Of a stretch of 64,000 nt of DNA, positions 52,351 to 64,000 are shown piece after piece. The stretch comes from Ophelia neglecta. Its lineage: Eukaryota. Where the stretch lies: positions 99,262,001 to 99,326,000 of the forward strand of contig OZ260663.1 of NCBI GenBank assembly GCA_965285935.1. The letters run 5' to 3'. The notes under the pieces were generated by a model. The model saw only the letters and a program-made list of their open reading frames with translations. It did no database searches and had not been told where the DNA came from. The position numbers and the translations under genes were made by a program. Position 1 is the first letter of the stretch. Every line of letters starts with the position of its first letter.

Positions 52351-54931
52351 ATTCTTGAGTAAAAGGTTTTGCTGTTTCGAACTAAGCCTATTTCATTGCA
52401 TGGCCAGTGACATGCCAAAAAAGCCATAGACAGTTGTTCGATAAATTACCACAAAGTGTCTGTTTAAGTAGCCTAATCACCATTCTAGCCCAAGGCAACC
52501 ATCCAACAATAGGTAAAACGCATATCTGTTTACGAGACTAAGTAACTCAAATACTGAAGCCCAAGACGACCAGCCTACGTGTGAGGCTTGCACATAAAGC
52601 ATGAAAAACAGTCTTTAAAAGTGGTATTGTATATCATGATTCCATATTTACATATTATCAGAGAAGAGAGTTCCTGTGGGGCCAGCCGTAACAAAGATAA
52701 CACCCTAAATTGTTCAGTACCATTTAGATTAAATATTAATCACATGGCCATGGCCTTAGCCGTTGGTTTGTAATATTTGATATCTACTTTATTGTGTCGG
52801 TGAGATAAAAGTTTAAGAGGCGCAAATGCATTTAAAATTGTTTGTTCATATTATAATTTTATGTCCTATGCCAAAACATGTTCGTATGGACTTTTTTTGT
52901 ATTTTTCAAATTGTATTCAACAATGTTTAATGGGGTGTCACCATGAGATTATTCTTGTTGATTTCCATATTTAGTAAACTCCTTCATTACTTCATATATT
53001 GCATTCTTATCTGTTTCTTAATAAGGGATAAAAAACATCCCTTTTTTCATATATAGGATTCCGCTACAATGCCATATCCGTTTTAGTCACATATTAAGAA
53101 TGGACATGTCAGACAACGTGAAAAGTTTTCACAAACACTGGATAATCTTTGCTATGTTTTATATAATAATGGTTTAATTATGCGTCAAAACCATCGTTCA
53201 CAATCTGGTTGTTACATGTTGAAGCAATCTGTTGATCCCTTGCCAGTTGTCAATGGCACGTTAGACTGACAGCGACCGGCATTTGGTATTACATTAGCGG
53301 TTGGTGGTTTCCACCTTAGCCAATTTCATTGCATGGCTAGTGATACGTCAAAAAGCCAATGGCAGTTGTTCCAATATTGAAATTCAAGAAGTCTAGTTAC
53401 GTCATTAAAAAACTCAAAGAAGGTAAATAAGACGATATATATCTGCCTACAAGTGATGTAAACTATTCTCCATTCGTGACCTATTAACCTTACGCCGTTT
53501 CCCCTCAAAGGTTTCCAACCTTGAACGGCAACGTGTCCTCGCCTTTCCGTTATTAAAATAGATTTACTACATTAGTGATTAGAAAGTACTTGGCCGGTCT
53601 CCACTGTTTTTTTTCTGTTACAATCACCATTATACAGATGACATAAAAATTAGGAATCCTTGTCATGCATATTCCCTCAAAACAGTGTTTGTTTACGATA
53701 GAGGGTATCTTTGCGACACACAAAATCCTCAAAAACAGTTGAATATTTGTTTTTTTCCAAAAACCAGTCCTCGGTCGTGTATGTATTAACAGTAAGTGCA
53801 AACTATGATCAGAAAATCAATAGTTTAATAGACTAATTAGTTCCTATTTTATTTTTAACAGATAACCAACCGATAATGTTGTTTGTATTACCATAACGTG
53901 TTGAGTCAGCTACTAAAGACACAAGCTTCAAATACTTAAATAAGTCTTAATCATGGTTAGATAACTTGGTCAACGACCTCACATCGCTTCAGCATAAGAA
54001 ATCAATATATGATGTAACCCTAAATCTAAGTGAAGTGGTCTTTTGGCGATTACACCTTGTAATGTCTTGTCAGTTTCAAATCACGTCCTGGGTCTGCAGT
54101 CAGATTCAAACAGGAGGCATAAATTCAGATGTCTGTTCCATTTTTAAATATACTTAAGCATATTTTAGCAATCAAAATAAAATTCACAGTTGAAACAGCT
54201 TTGGTTGACAGCAAGTTTCATCTTGAACAGAAATTCATTAGAGGGATATATGTTGTGAAGGATCTTGGTTTAAACATATTTATTTACATAATTTGGATTT
54301 TACAAAAGCCGAGGGCTTAACAAAGGTAATTTCCAAATAAATCATTGAGACAATATTTACAAATATGCGTGAGATAGAAATGAGATGATGAAATGAGGGA
54401 GTTACTATACATATAATCAATCGACATTACATGCAATTTGTCTGCTGAGTCCAAAACACCAAGAAACTGGCAAGTAGACCGGGAGCGATATGATGCGACA
54501 TGATAAGACAATAAGAATAATCAATATAGTAGTCCAGATACGGGTTATTAAAGAAAATGAAAGACATATTGAAACAAAATATTTGTGAAATAGCCTACTA
54601 TTTACAACGAAATATAACAATAGTCACTGGTTTATAAAAAATGATGCACAGCCGATAATAACACAAATACATTAGATAATATTGCAAGAAGTATGATGAT
54701 GGTATAACAAAGCACCTGAACCAGGTAAGCATGAAGAACTCAAATAATATCAATAGTAACATGGTAGCTAATTAAATACTCCTAAATTAAGCAGGAAATA
54801 AACAGTAAATCAACATATGCGTTACAATCGGTGGCACAAAACGCCTGCAAATGATCAAATAAAAACATCCATTGAGCATCTTATAAGCAGTTCCAAGTTA
54901 GACAGTAATAAACTGTTACGATGCGTTGCAT

Positions 54932-55556
54932 CACGTGACATGGCATAAATTTTATATCATTGTGCACCATGTAAACTATTACTTTGACATTGTCATGACT
55001 GAACTTCACCCACTGAGCCTGTTGTCAGTCAGCAAAGACAGTCACCGATCGCCTGAACCAGTTGTCAGACTCAATGTCTACATGATTTATCATAATACAT
55101 CATAATACATGTCTGCAGAGCACCCCCCACGATGGTAACATCGTAAGAGATACTCTGCAGACACGTGACATGGCATCAATTACATTTCATTGTGCACCAT
55201 GTAAACTATAACTTTGACATTGTCATGACTGAACTTCACTCACTGAGCCTGTTGTCAGTCAGCAAAGACAGTCACCGATCGCCTGAACCAGCTGTCAGAC
55301 TCAATGTCTACATGATTTATCATAATACATGTCTGCAGAGCACCCCCCACGATGGTAACATCGTAAGAGATACTCTGCAGACACGTGACATGGCATTAAT
55401 TACATTTCATTGTGCACCATGTAAACTATAACTTTGACATTGTCATGACTGAACTTCACTCACTGAGCCTGTTGTCAGTCAGCAAAGACAGTCACCGATC
55501 GCCTGAACCAGTTGTCAGACTCAATGTCTATAAGATTTATCATAATACTCGTCTGT
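54932..55556. repeat. 220-bp tandem repeat, ~2.8 copies
   Basis: cacgtgacatggcat starts at 54932, 55162, 55382; the first unit has a 10-bp internal duplication. Confidence 0.92.
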
Positions 55557-55559
55557 AGC

Positions 55560-56320
55560 ATACCAAGCTCAACATGTATTGAGAATACAACAAATAGTTG
55601 TGAATTAAGCAGGAGTAACCTATTAAAATTCGTTGCATATTAGGCAACATTGTTATGGAGAGTGGTGGTTTTTGTGACATGCATAACAATTGGACATATA
55701 ACATTTATCGTTATACTGTTCCAGAAGAGCCTTTTTAAGCTCAGTTTTGTTTTTGTTGCACCACTTCTTAGCAGTGATGAAACCATTGACAACGTGCATT
55801 TTATATGAAATACACGTTGACAATGGGGTCATTAGGAGACAAATCTGTGTGACTTCGTAATCAATTGCTCAACAATATTGGATAATTCAAGGGACATGTC
55901 ATGATCATCACAGTTAAGTATAGTAGCTATGCGATTTTCTGGTAAAACAGAATGGTGGTTTAAGAAGTCGACCAGGCGATCGCGGAGGGACGCGTACAAT
56001 GGACAATAAAAGAAATAGTGGGAAAGGGTTTCGTTTTCAACGCCACATAGGCAAAGCGGAGATGCGATACAGTGGTTAAAATAGAGGTGGTTATTCAGGC
56101 AACTACAAGAAAGTCTGCACTGTGCAAGAAATATCTGGGTTCTACGTGATCCCATAAAAAAATATTTCGGTTTTTTGGGGGGCAGTTTCGGATAAGTACT
56201 TTGAATAATCGCTTGTTCGTGCATTGACGAGTCTTTACGGGAAGGGTATTCCATTCACTTATTGACTTATAAAAGAAAGAAGATTTGTATTTTTGAGTTC
56301 TACATTTTGGATCTTCCACT
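55560..56320 (-). mobile_element. 3' fragment of a CR1-group LINE
   Basis: CRTQKYKSSFFYKSISEWNTLP, then QIFLAQCRLSCSCLNNHLY...SPLCLCGVENETLSHYFFYCPLY (C-terminal Cys/His domain). Confidence 0.75.
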
Positions 56321-56639
56321 GCAGGGCCTTAGAATGGGAGTCAGACAGGACCTGTCTAGGAAGACACCACACAAAAATTCCAAGCAATAGGCATATAAAA
56401 ATGATTATTCCAGAAAGTTTCACCTGGCTCCTGAACTTTGTACCCGTCCAACATACAAGATCTTAAACCCAGTCTATTCAGATCAGTGGACATGCACAGA
56501 GGCTGATTTAGTCCATGTGGTCCAGGTGGCTGAAGGTATACAATATGATGTACTGCAATATAGTGTTAGGGTTCATCAAGCAATGTTCCTTTAGTGTATT
56601 GAGGTCAAATAAATTTGACTGCTCACATGGCCGACATTT

Positions 56640-57030
56640 TTTATAATTCACCTTAAAATCCAGTTCTTGAAACATATGGGCCGTCTCTTGAAAGTTCTCA
56701 TATCATTCAACCACATACAATCATCGACATTTACAGAGGTAGACACCGTCCTTGTGTCATACCAGTCTGTGATTAGAGATTGATAGAAGGATGGAATTTT
56801 ACTCAGATCCACATACTTACTTAATGTCAAAAGGTAAAACCTCATTGAAACAAAATTTGGCAATCTCATTGTGTTTGATTATTTTCACTAAAAGCAATGG
56901 ATTTTAACTTTAATATCTGGGAGCGCCTCATAGAGGGATACAGATTTGACATTTTAAGACCAGCCCTGTGGTAATCTTGAACCAATGTATCACGTTTTAT
57001 ACGTTCAGTTTTGTTCCATATGAACTTGAG
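56640..57030 (-). mobile_element. L1/Tx1-clade LINE ORF2 fragment
   Basis: KFIWNKTERIKRDTLVQDYHRAGLKMSNL; LSKIPSFYQSLITDW; CMWLN. Confidence 0.7.
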
Positions 57031-57230
57031 ATCTAAACCTTAACCCAGGGTGATTTGTTTGCTCCCTGACACCATCCCCCTCCCCCTCCCGGCCTTAACC
57101 AAATGTAACTTTTTTCTGGCCTGAAAACCACCCCTTTCCCCTTCTTCACAGAGCCCCCCCCCCCACACACACACACACACAAACACTAAAACACATACAG
57201 TTTCCTATCTAACTCCATGATACTTTAGCA

Positions 57231-58949
57231 ATGAATTTATGTACTATTTTAATCAATGCGTTTGGTAAAGGCTTTGATAAAAAGAAAAATAAAGAAATTA
57301 TCACACATACTGATGTCATGATCAACATGATATTCCATACTTTGGACACATTGCACCTTGAATGCATACTACTTATGTCTGAGTTTACCGTTTTAGCCTC
57401 CCATCAGAAGTGGGACAGATCTCATTTAGCGGAGGAAGCGAGTCCTCAGGCTGTTGATGACTCCCAAGCTCATACAGCAGTTTCTAGTTTTATCGAGATA
57501 ACACGTGGTACTACAGCACAAAGAACAGAAAATCCCCATCATATAAGGCGAGATGGTACTTCATTCAAGAAGGCGGTTGATGTTACTACTAGCAAAGCAG
57601 ACAGCGTTACTTCAACAGGTGGAGATTTTGAAGAGACGATGCATGATAGTTCTACCAACACAACGGCTGAAACCTTATCCGGTATGGCTGATGAATATAC
57701 TACCGGGATGAACGACAGTTCTTGGCCACCAGTGCTGTCCTCTATCGGGAATCTGGTATATAAGAAATGGAACGACCGTATCCAGACATTTTCCCGTGGT
57801 ACACAGGGTGTGATTGGTATCGCTACTATGATTTCTAACGGTTTCACGCTCTACTGCTTCGTCAAATACGATTTTATCCAAGTCCGTATAAATGTTTACA
57901 TTCTTAGCCTGTGTGTAAGTGACTTTCTGACAGGTCTATCCATGTGTCTAACTGCCTTGATGAACCAGTTCTTTAAGTACTATCAGCAGGCAGCCATTCC
58001 GTGTATTGGGGTTTGTGCATTTCAAGCCGCCATCACTAAAATCTCGGCTTATAGCCTAGTCGGGTCGGTTCTAGAGCGATACCTATTCTTGGCCCATCCA
58101 TTTATTCATATTCGCTACGAGGATTCTAGGGGCCATGTTATTATAGTTTTCTTGATTATATGGGTTATTCCAGGGGTGTTTTACGGAAGCGTCTTGTCTT
58201 TGAATAGTCCATGGACAGCTCCAAACGACTGTGTAATGCTGCAAGTCGCTGGACATCTGAAAACCGCCATCCTAGGACCTCCCCTTATTATTGTCGTATT
58301 TGTGATCATAAGCTGGGCTAGCATCAAGATATTGCTTATCGTTAGGAAGCAACGCAAGGCAATTAACGGCCTACAAGTCTGGTCTATCCCCTTAGAAGTC
58401 CGGTCTGTTCCACTGCATGCCCCGTCTATACCCCTACGAGTTCCGTCTATCCCCCAACAAGTCTTTTCTAACGCTCTACCGTTCCAGTCTCATAGTCTGC
58501 AGGCCAAGTCAAACAACCTACAGGTCTGGTCTGCCGACCTACAGGTCCAGTCCTCCGACCTACAGGTCCAGTCTAACGACTTCCAAGCCCCCTCCTTCGC
58601 CCTACATCTCCAATCGAAAGCTGAATCGGTTCCTCCTGACGTCACCAATGACCCGGATATTCAAGCAAGTCCTTCTGATAATGATATTGATGCTTCACCG
58701 AAGAAGACTAGGAAAAGAACCTGGATGATAGTGGCCATTGTACTGATGGCCATCATTTGCTGGACACCGTTATTAATTTTGATTGTAATTCGCACATTCA
58801 TAAATAGGCCAGAAAATCTGGCTTTTAGTGTTTTTGCAGAGATGTGTTTAGTAGTGCATTACCTTAATAGCATGTTGAACCCTGCCCTGTATCATCGGCT
58901 GTCACCTGACATGCAAAAGGCATATAAAAGGGCACTGCGCAGAGAATGA
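57231..58949 (+). CDS. Class A (rhodopsin-family) GPCR; true 5' end uncertain
   Basis: Seven hydrophobic segments: TM1 SN, TM2 LSLCVSDFLTGL, TM3 ERY, TM4 IW, TM6 CWTP, TM7 NSMLNPALY. S/T-rich N-terminus with N-x-T/S sequons. Possible acceptor ttttag| at ~57396. Confidence 0.9.
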   Translation: MNLCTILINAFGKGFDKKKNKEIITHTDVMINMIFHTLDTLHLECILLMSEFTVLASHQKWDRSHLAEEASPQAVDDSQAHTAVSSFIEITRGTTAQRTENPHHIRRDGTSFKKAVDVTTSKADSVTSTGGDFEETMHDSSTNTTAETLSGMADEYTTGMNDSSWPPVLSSIGNLVYKKWNDRIQTFSRGTQGVIGIATMISNGFTLYCFVKYDFIQVRINVYILSLCVSDFLTGLSMCLTALMNQFFKYYQQAAIPCIGVCAFQAAITKISAYSLVGSVLERYLFLAHPFIHIRYEDSRGHVIIVFLIIWVIPGVFYGSVLSLNSPWTAPNDCVMLQVAGHLKTAILGPPLIIVVFVIISWASIKILLIVRKQRKAINGLQVWSIPLEVRSVPLHAPSIPLRVPSIPQQVFSNALPFQSHSLQAKSNNLQVWSADLQVQSSDLQVQSNDFQAPSFALHLQSKAESVPPDVTNDPDIQASPSDNDIDASPKKTRKRTWMIVAIVLMAIICWTPLLILIVIRTFINRPENLAFSVFAEMCLVVHYLNSMLNPALYHRLSPDMQKAYKRALRRE

Positions 58950-60099
58950 TATGAGGAAATCAATAAATATATATTGATAAATGGTGTTCAGCTGTTTGAA
59001 TTTAGTGTAGCGTAGCGCTAGGACGTGTACCCCACCAGGCCAAGCAGCTATATCCTGGCTTCGCTTCGACAAAAAACTGTCGATGTAATTGCCCAGTTTT
59101 GTGAGTCGGTGTAAATGTAATATATTGGATTCCAATTCATATTGTTAACTTTACACTATGGTTGGTGCTGTGTTGATACAGTAATAGACACGTACAATCC
59201 AAGGATATGTCGTGAAGTAAAACAATTATATAATCCCAGAATATTATTTGCAGTAAAAGTCGTTTAGTTAATCTTATGCTGTTTAGCGCAGTGAGATATG
59301 TATATTTCTAACCCCATCACGCTTAGTGCAGTGTAGACAAATATAACCGCCATGATGCTAAGTGAAGTAAAACATACGTAACCACCATGATACTTAGTGT
59401 GCTTAAACCTGTATAACCGCTACGATGCTGTTGAATGTATATTGCCCCATTATAGGTAAATTTATACCAGTTTTTTGCCATTTAATTTTGCCCTATTTTC
59501 TTGTATATCATAAGTAAACGCTAAAGCGGCTTTTTGAAAATATAATATATATTTGGACAAGAAATATATGTAATAAGATACGGTGAATTTTCAGCAAATA
59601 AATAAGGTATCTTAACTTCTCTAATTAAAGAAGATTATTTTTAGGGGGTGCGTTACATTCACGGTCGTCTTTGTTTAAGCTTCGATTGCAACCGAACTAC
59701 ACTTGCTATACATGCATGGAATTCAATATTTGCTGTAAAAGGTGACAATTAGCATAATAAAAACAGTTTTTAATTCTTTTTGGAAAATGTATGATACTTA
59801 TAAACTATATTAAGAATAATGTTTACATTGAGTAAAGACATAATTCCAGGATTTCGTACAAGGGTAAAATATAAATCACTTAAACAATGGCATATCACCA
59901 TTTCCTTTCATTAGCTAGGCCATCTTACACCAAAACCTACGAGTGAAATAATAAATAAAACACTTGGCTCTTTCAATACCTATGTCACAATATTAATTTA
60001 CGTAGGTTTGGATTTCTGTATTAACAATACATATACTACATAATTCATACACCATAAATTTGTTTTTAGAACATTTTCTTCAGAGATTATTTCAAATAT

Positions 60100-60260
60100 N
60101 NNNNNNNNNNNNNNNNNNNNNNNNNNNNNNNNNNNNNNNNNNNNNNNNNNNNNNNNNNNNNNNNNNNNNNNNNNNNNNNNNNNNNNNNNNNNNNNNNNNN
60201 NNNNNNNNNNNNNNNNNNNNNNNNNNNNNNNNNNNNNNNNNNNNNNNNNNNNNNNNNNNN
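60100..60260. other. Assembly gap (second gap 63058-63287)
   Basis: N runs. Confidence 1.
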
Positions 60261-61207
60261 CTGTGAAGTATACATTAAAAATATATTCTTTTGTTTTTGG
60301 CGCCGAGGCTAGAATTCCGCGTCGTTTATTTGACCTAGAGGTTCCCACACATTGCGCGTCTAAGTGCTATCAAGTGTCCAGCGAAAGTACGATAATGAAA
60401 TGCCTATACTTAGTCTGTGCTCGTCGCTGGTGATATATACTACAATTCTGAATTTTGGCGCTTTATGATACATGCATGCTCGAAAGCACTACTAGCATGG
60501 GTTGTTATCCACTTTTCTATCGTCAGATGGAGCTACCTGGTGAATATAGCCACTGGTACTGATCAGCGTATGTGATGCCAGACACTCCACACTAGACTTC
60601 AACGCTCGCCAGCTGGGCGGGGCTCGGTTATCCGCGCCATGTAAAATAAATGATATCGATAACAAATTGTGTCACTCTTTTATTCGTTAAAATTTTGTTT
60701 CATACATCCATATTTGAACAAAACTTTATCAACCTCGAGGTTGATAGAATGGGGTATTGATTATTAAAGTGGTTTACCCTTAATTAAGCCCTGACTAAGG
60801 ATGTTAAGTCAGTTTGAATATCGCGAATTCATTCATTATTAGAAAAAAAACCTGTTGTAAAATTACATGTTTCTTGGATAAAATGTGACATAGCCAATTT
60901 TAATACTCAAATTAATGTCAAATCCGATGCCAATATTGGAAAAAAACGGAAGTGATGTTGGATGCGAAATTAAAATGGAATTGGTTTTAATTTTTATTAA
61001 GAGACCTACCTCCTAACTCACTTTTTCCAACAACAGTTTACATCTGTCTTCAGGCTACGAGCATTTGTTTTCAAGGCTAGTTCCTGTTTAAAAAGCATAT
61101 TATCAGCTATTATTTATGCTTAGTTGTTTGATTGTGAAATTGTTAAAAAACGCGGTATGAAACATTATAACCCTTCTTCGAAAAGAGTAATTAATATTTT
61201 CCCCTAG

Positions 61208-61363
61208 ACTGCCTGGACGGTTACTACGGCATCAACTGCACATCTATATGTTCATGGAGGTGCAAAAACTGGGTGTGTGCGAGAATGACCGGGGCATGCA
61301 CTGATGGGTGTGATGATGTCAACGGAGAATGGCTGGAGGGAGATCATTGTGACATCACTATAC
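61208..61363 (+). CDS. EGF-like (MEGF/scavenger-receptor-F type) exon, phase 1-1
   Basis: cccctag| ... |gtacgt; 156 bp, open: DCLDGYYGINCTSICSWRCKNWVCARMTGACTDGCDDVNGEWLEGDHCDITI (8 Cys). Confidence 0.8.
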
Positions 61364-62183
61364 GTACGTATGCTTTAATATATATCACCCTTTTATTTAA
61401 TTATTAATTTTATTTTGCATTTCAAATTTATTTACTGTTTTGGTGCTTGGGATTGATGTATTTGGTCCTGTAGTTGTTGGTTCCTGATGAATTCTAGCCG
61501 ATTAAATGGACCATTCTTCATTCTTGATGTTGGTTTGTCTGGCGGGTATGCCGTTTTTATTCACACAAATAAACTACCATGTCTATAATTGAATCGTACA
61601 AAAAACTGAAGATGTGATCTGAAATCAGAAGTAGTAAACAGTATTCAGAACGTGTGTTGAAGCACATGGACAACGATTCAGTGTTCAACGTGGAACGCGG
61701 TTTACACATGTCAAAGTAAAATAGGATATCAGATAAATATTAGTCGCCTGGTGAAAGTATCTTTTGAAGCAGTAAACCCTCATTCCATTCAGTAGGAACT
61801 TTGCTCTACCGGTACAGTTTAATCGGAAGCGAAACAGTCACCGGAGAAATGTCAGCAAGCAGGGATATTTACGATTTATATTAACCAATATGAACTGGAA
61901 ACTGTCGTGAATTATGAGATAGTCGAAAAACATTCCAGCTCACGAAACATTACAGGCTTACAGCATACAATGTAGTAGGTTGCATTGTTATCTAGCAGTT
62001 TATATGAGCTTTTGTCTCTCTATATTAGTTATCTCTCTTCACACTGGTTATCTTTTTATATGAGCTTATAACTGTCGTCTTATTAGTTACATATTGATAT
62101 GAACTTTTGCCTCTCTTTATATTAGTTCTTACTCTTTATAGTTAGATTATTCATTTTTTATCTTCATCAAATTGAGGAAATTG

Positions 62184-62763
62184 CATTACATTTGTTTACT
62201 TGGCCATTCGATTAAATAATTTGAGACAAATACTATCTACTTTGTGCAAGACAAAACTTAAGACATTTAAGATACATGTTATCTTTATTTCACAATCAGA
62301 CGACACTGTTCTTCAGGTTTAAAAGTTGTAAACGCCCTTCCCCAGTTTGCCATTATAAAATGTCTTTATTGTATACTTGAACGGATAAGCATCCTACTTC
62401 TTCAATAAAAATATCATAGACGATTTTTGTTCTGAATGTTTTACAATTTTTTCTAGAGACACAGTAAAATATGAAGATTTTAAGGAAGGTTGTATATATA
62501 TTGAGGAGATCCTAGTTTCATCTCTTATTTACTTTCAATACTCGGTTTCCTTCCCCCATCATCATATCATTATTTGTCTCTGCTAACCTGACTAAATATT
62601 GCTTCATTCTTCGTACGAAAATAATACTATAAGACGCGTTTCTTTAGGGCGCGCCGCCTACGGCTTTAAACGACGTAAGCCTCTAGATCATCCCTGTGAA
62701 TGACATGACTGAAGTGTTAACTTTGTATGTGCAAAGATGGGAGGACAGTAAAAAAATATTTTT
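62184..62763. repeat. More diverged third copy of 13179-13766 / ~19179-19766
   Basis: Shared gatacatgttatcttta, cggataagcat, cgacgtaagcctctagatcatccc. Confidence 0.8.
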
Positions 62764-62979
62764 ATATTTTATATTTTTTGAATATTTATTCACAATATAC
62801 ATTGAAGAATATTTGAATACTTCAAATCAAAATGAGAAGATTCAAGATAAAATGTGACTCTGAAACACAACTATATAATTACTATTATAATTGAAATACA
62901 TAGGTATCAATAGGCAATTACGTTTGGGGGCACGCATCCACAAATTAACAGAATATACTTACAGGTAAGCAAAATCTAG

Positions 62980-62980
<1 letters not shown>

Positions 62981-63020
<40 letters not shown>

Positions 63021-63057
63021 CTATAACTACTACTATAACTACTACTATAACTACTTC
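62981..63057. repeat. (ACA)n / (ACTATAACT..)n microsatellite next to an assembly gap
   Basis: Visible directly. Confidence 0.95.
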
Positions 63058-64000
63058 NNNNNNNNNNNNNNNNNNNNNNNNNNNNNNNNNNNNNNNNNNN
63101 NNNNNNNNNNNNNNNNNNNNNNNNNNNNNNNNNNNNNNNNNNNNNNNNNNNNNNNNNNNNNNNNNNNNNNNNNNNNNNNNNNNNNNNNNNNNNNNNNNNN
63201 NNNNNNNNNNNNNNNNNNNNNNNNNNNNNNNNNNNNNNNNNNNNNNNNNNNNNNNNNNNNNNNNNNNNNNNNNNNNNNNNNNNNNNNAAAATACTAATAC
63301 TACTTTTTCCACCGCCGCCGCTGCTATTTTTGCATTTAAAGAGCTTAGAGACAGTGGTACTCTGATGTTCAGCCATCAGATCAAGACTGCAGCTGCCAGG
63401 CTGTTTTGATTGCCCACCTAGCACGGACAGGAAAGTGAGACGCCAATAGACCAACAGGAGACGGCACGAGGAAAATATGCCTAGTGTTAGGTATTTGTAA
63501 ATATCATTGCAAACCCCTCGTTTATTGTCCGGTTTAAAATAGCTGGTTGCCACTACAGTTAACTGGTTGAACTATGTGTCAGTGAGTGCCTAACAACTCT
63601 AGTAGCTTGTAAAATCATTGTGTGGATAGCCTGAGCTATTGAGTCTTTTCATGGAGTAAGTCCTTTCATGCAGTGAGTTCTTGCACCTGTTGTTGTGTTG
63701 AACATACGTTCTCAGTGCTTAATATGTGAGCGAATCCTTTCACCTACTAATCTCACAGGACTCGGGGGAGTGTTCCTGACAAGTCCTGGCAGGCTTTATA
63801 AGCCAGATCTATTGAGTGAATAATTGCGGTTGGCTTTGGCTGCGGTTGGCTAAGTTATTATCTAGTGGGCAGGCTTTGGTAGCGGTTGACAAAGCTGGTG
63901 GTTTATAGACAATGTTCAGACTATATGCAGTCATTGAGAGATACCCAAGGTATAACTAGCCCGGATGGGAGGATTAGCCAAAGTTGGTAATTGTCAATTG

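Noticed and set aside
59998-63553. ORFs containing X runs
   Set aside because: Artefacts of N gaps and microsatellites
63290-64000. Possible LINE endonuclease remnant on the minus strand (NIVYKPP)
   Set aside because: Only one short motif; too degraded to call

Overview
Eukaryotic, AT-rich, repeat-dense animal DNA, probably an invertebrate such as a mollusc or other lophotrochozoan (inferred from the TE and gene families); two N-gaps at ~60.1 and ~63.1 kb. Host genes: (1) a minus-strand gene with a 3.3-kb first exon encoding a signal peptide, divergent CUB-like segments and a C-type lectin domain, spliced into a second exon at 74 that runs off the window; (2) a class A GPCR ORF (57231-58949) with a 12x7-aa repeat in intracellular loop 3; (3) a spliced profilin-like pseudogene missed by the ORF track (exons 38911-39076, 48417-48592, 49598-49690), whose intron holds a full-length BEL/Pao LTR retrotransposon; (4) decayed F-type-lectin/EGF/FN3 receptor exons at ~15.1-16.2 kb and an intact EGF-like exon at 61208-61363. 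Mobile DNA: the BEL/Pao element (589-bp LTRs, 5-bp TSD, ComEA-like helix-hairpin-helix N-terminus, hAT-type MITE in its integrase); a DIRS/Ngaro-like tyrosine-recombinase retrotransposon whose YR gene runs into an internally deleted Penelope-like (Naiad-type) remnant carrying an intact-looking type I hammerhead ribozyme (19878-19930, minus); an L2 LINE; CR1- and Tx1-like fragments; a Kolobok-like TTAA MITE; other MITEs. Structure: a 5.8-kb tandem duplication with a 5-bp microhomology junction, several older dispersed duplications and many minisatellites. All family calls come from motifs read by eye, not database searches. I found no clearly new multi-gene system; the best leads are the ribozyme-bearing YR/Penelope junction, the HhH-Gag fusion and the TE-interrupted profilin.
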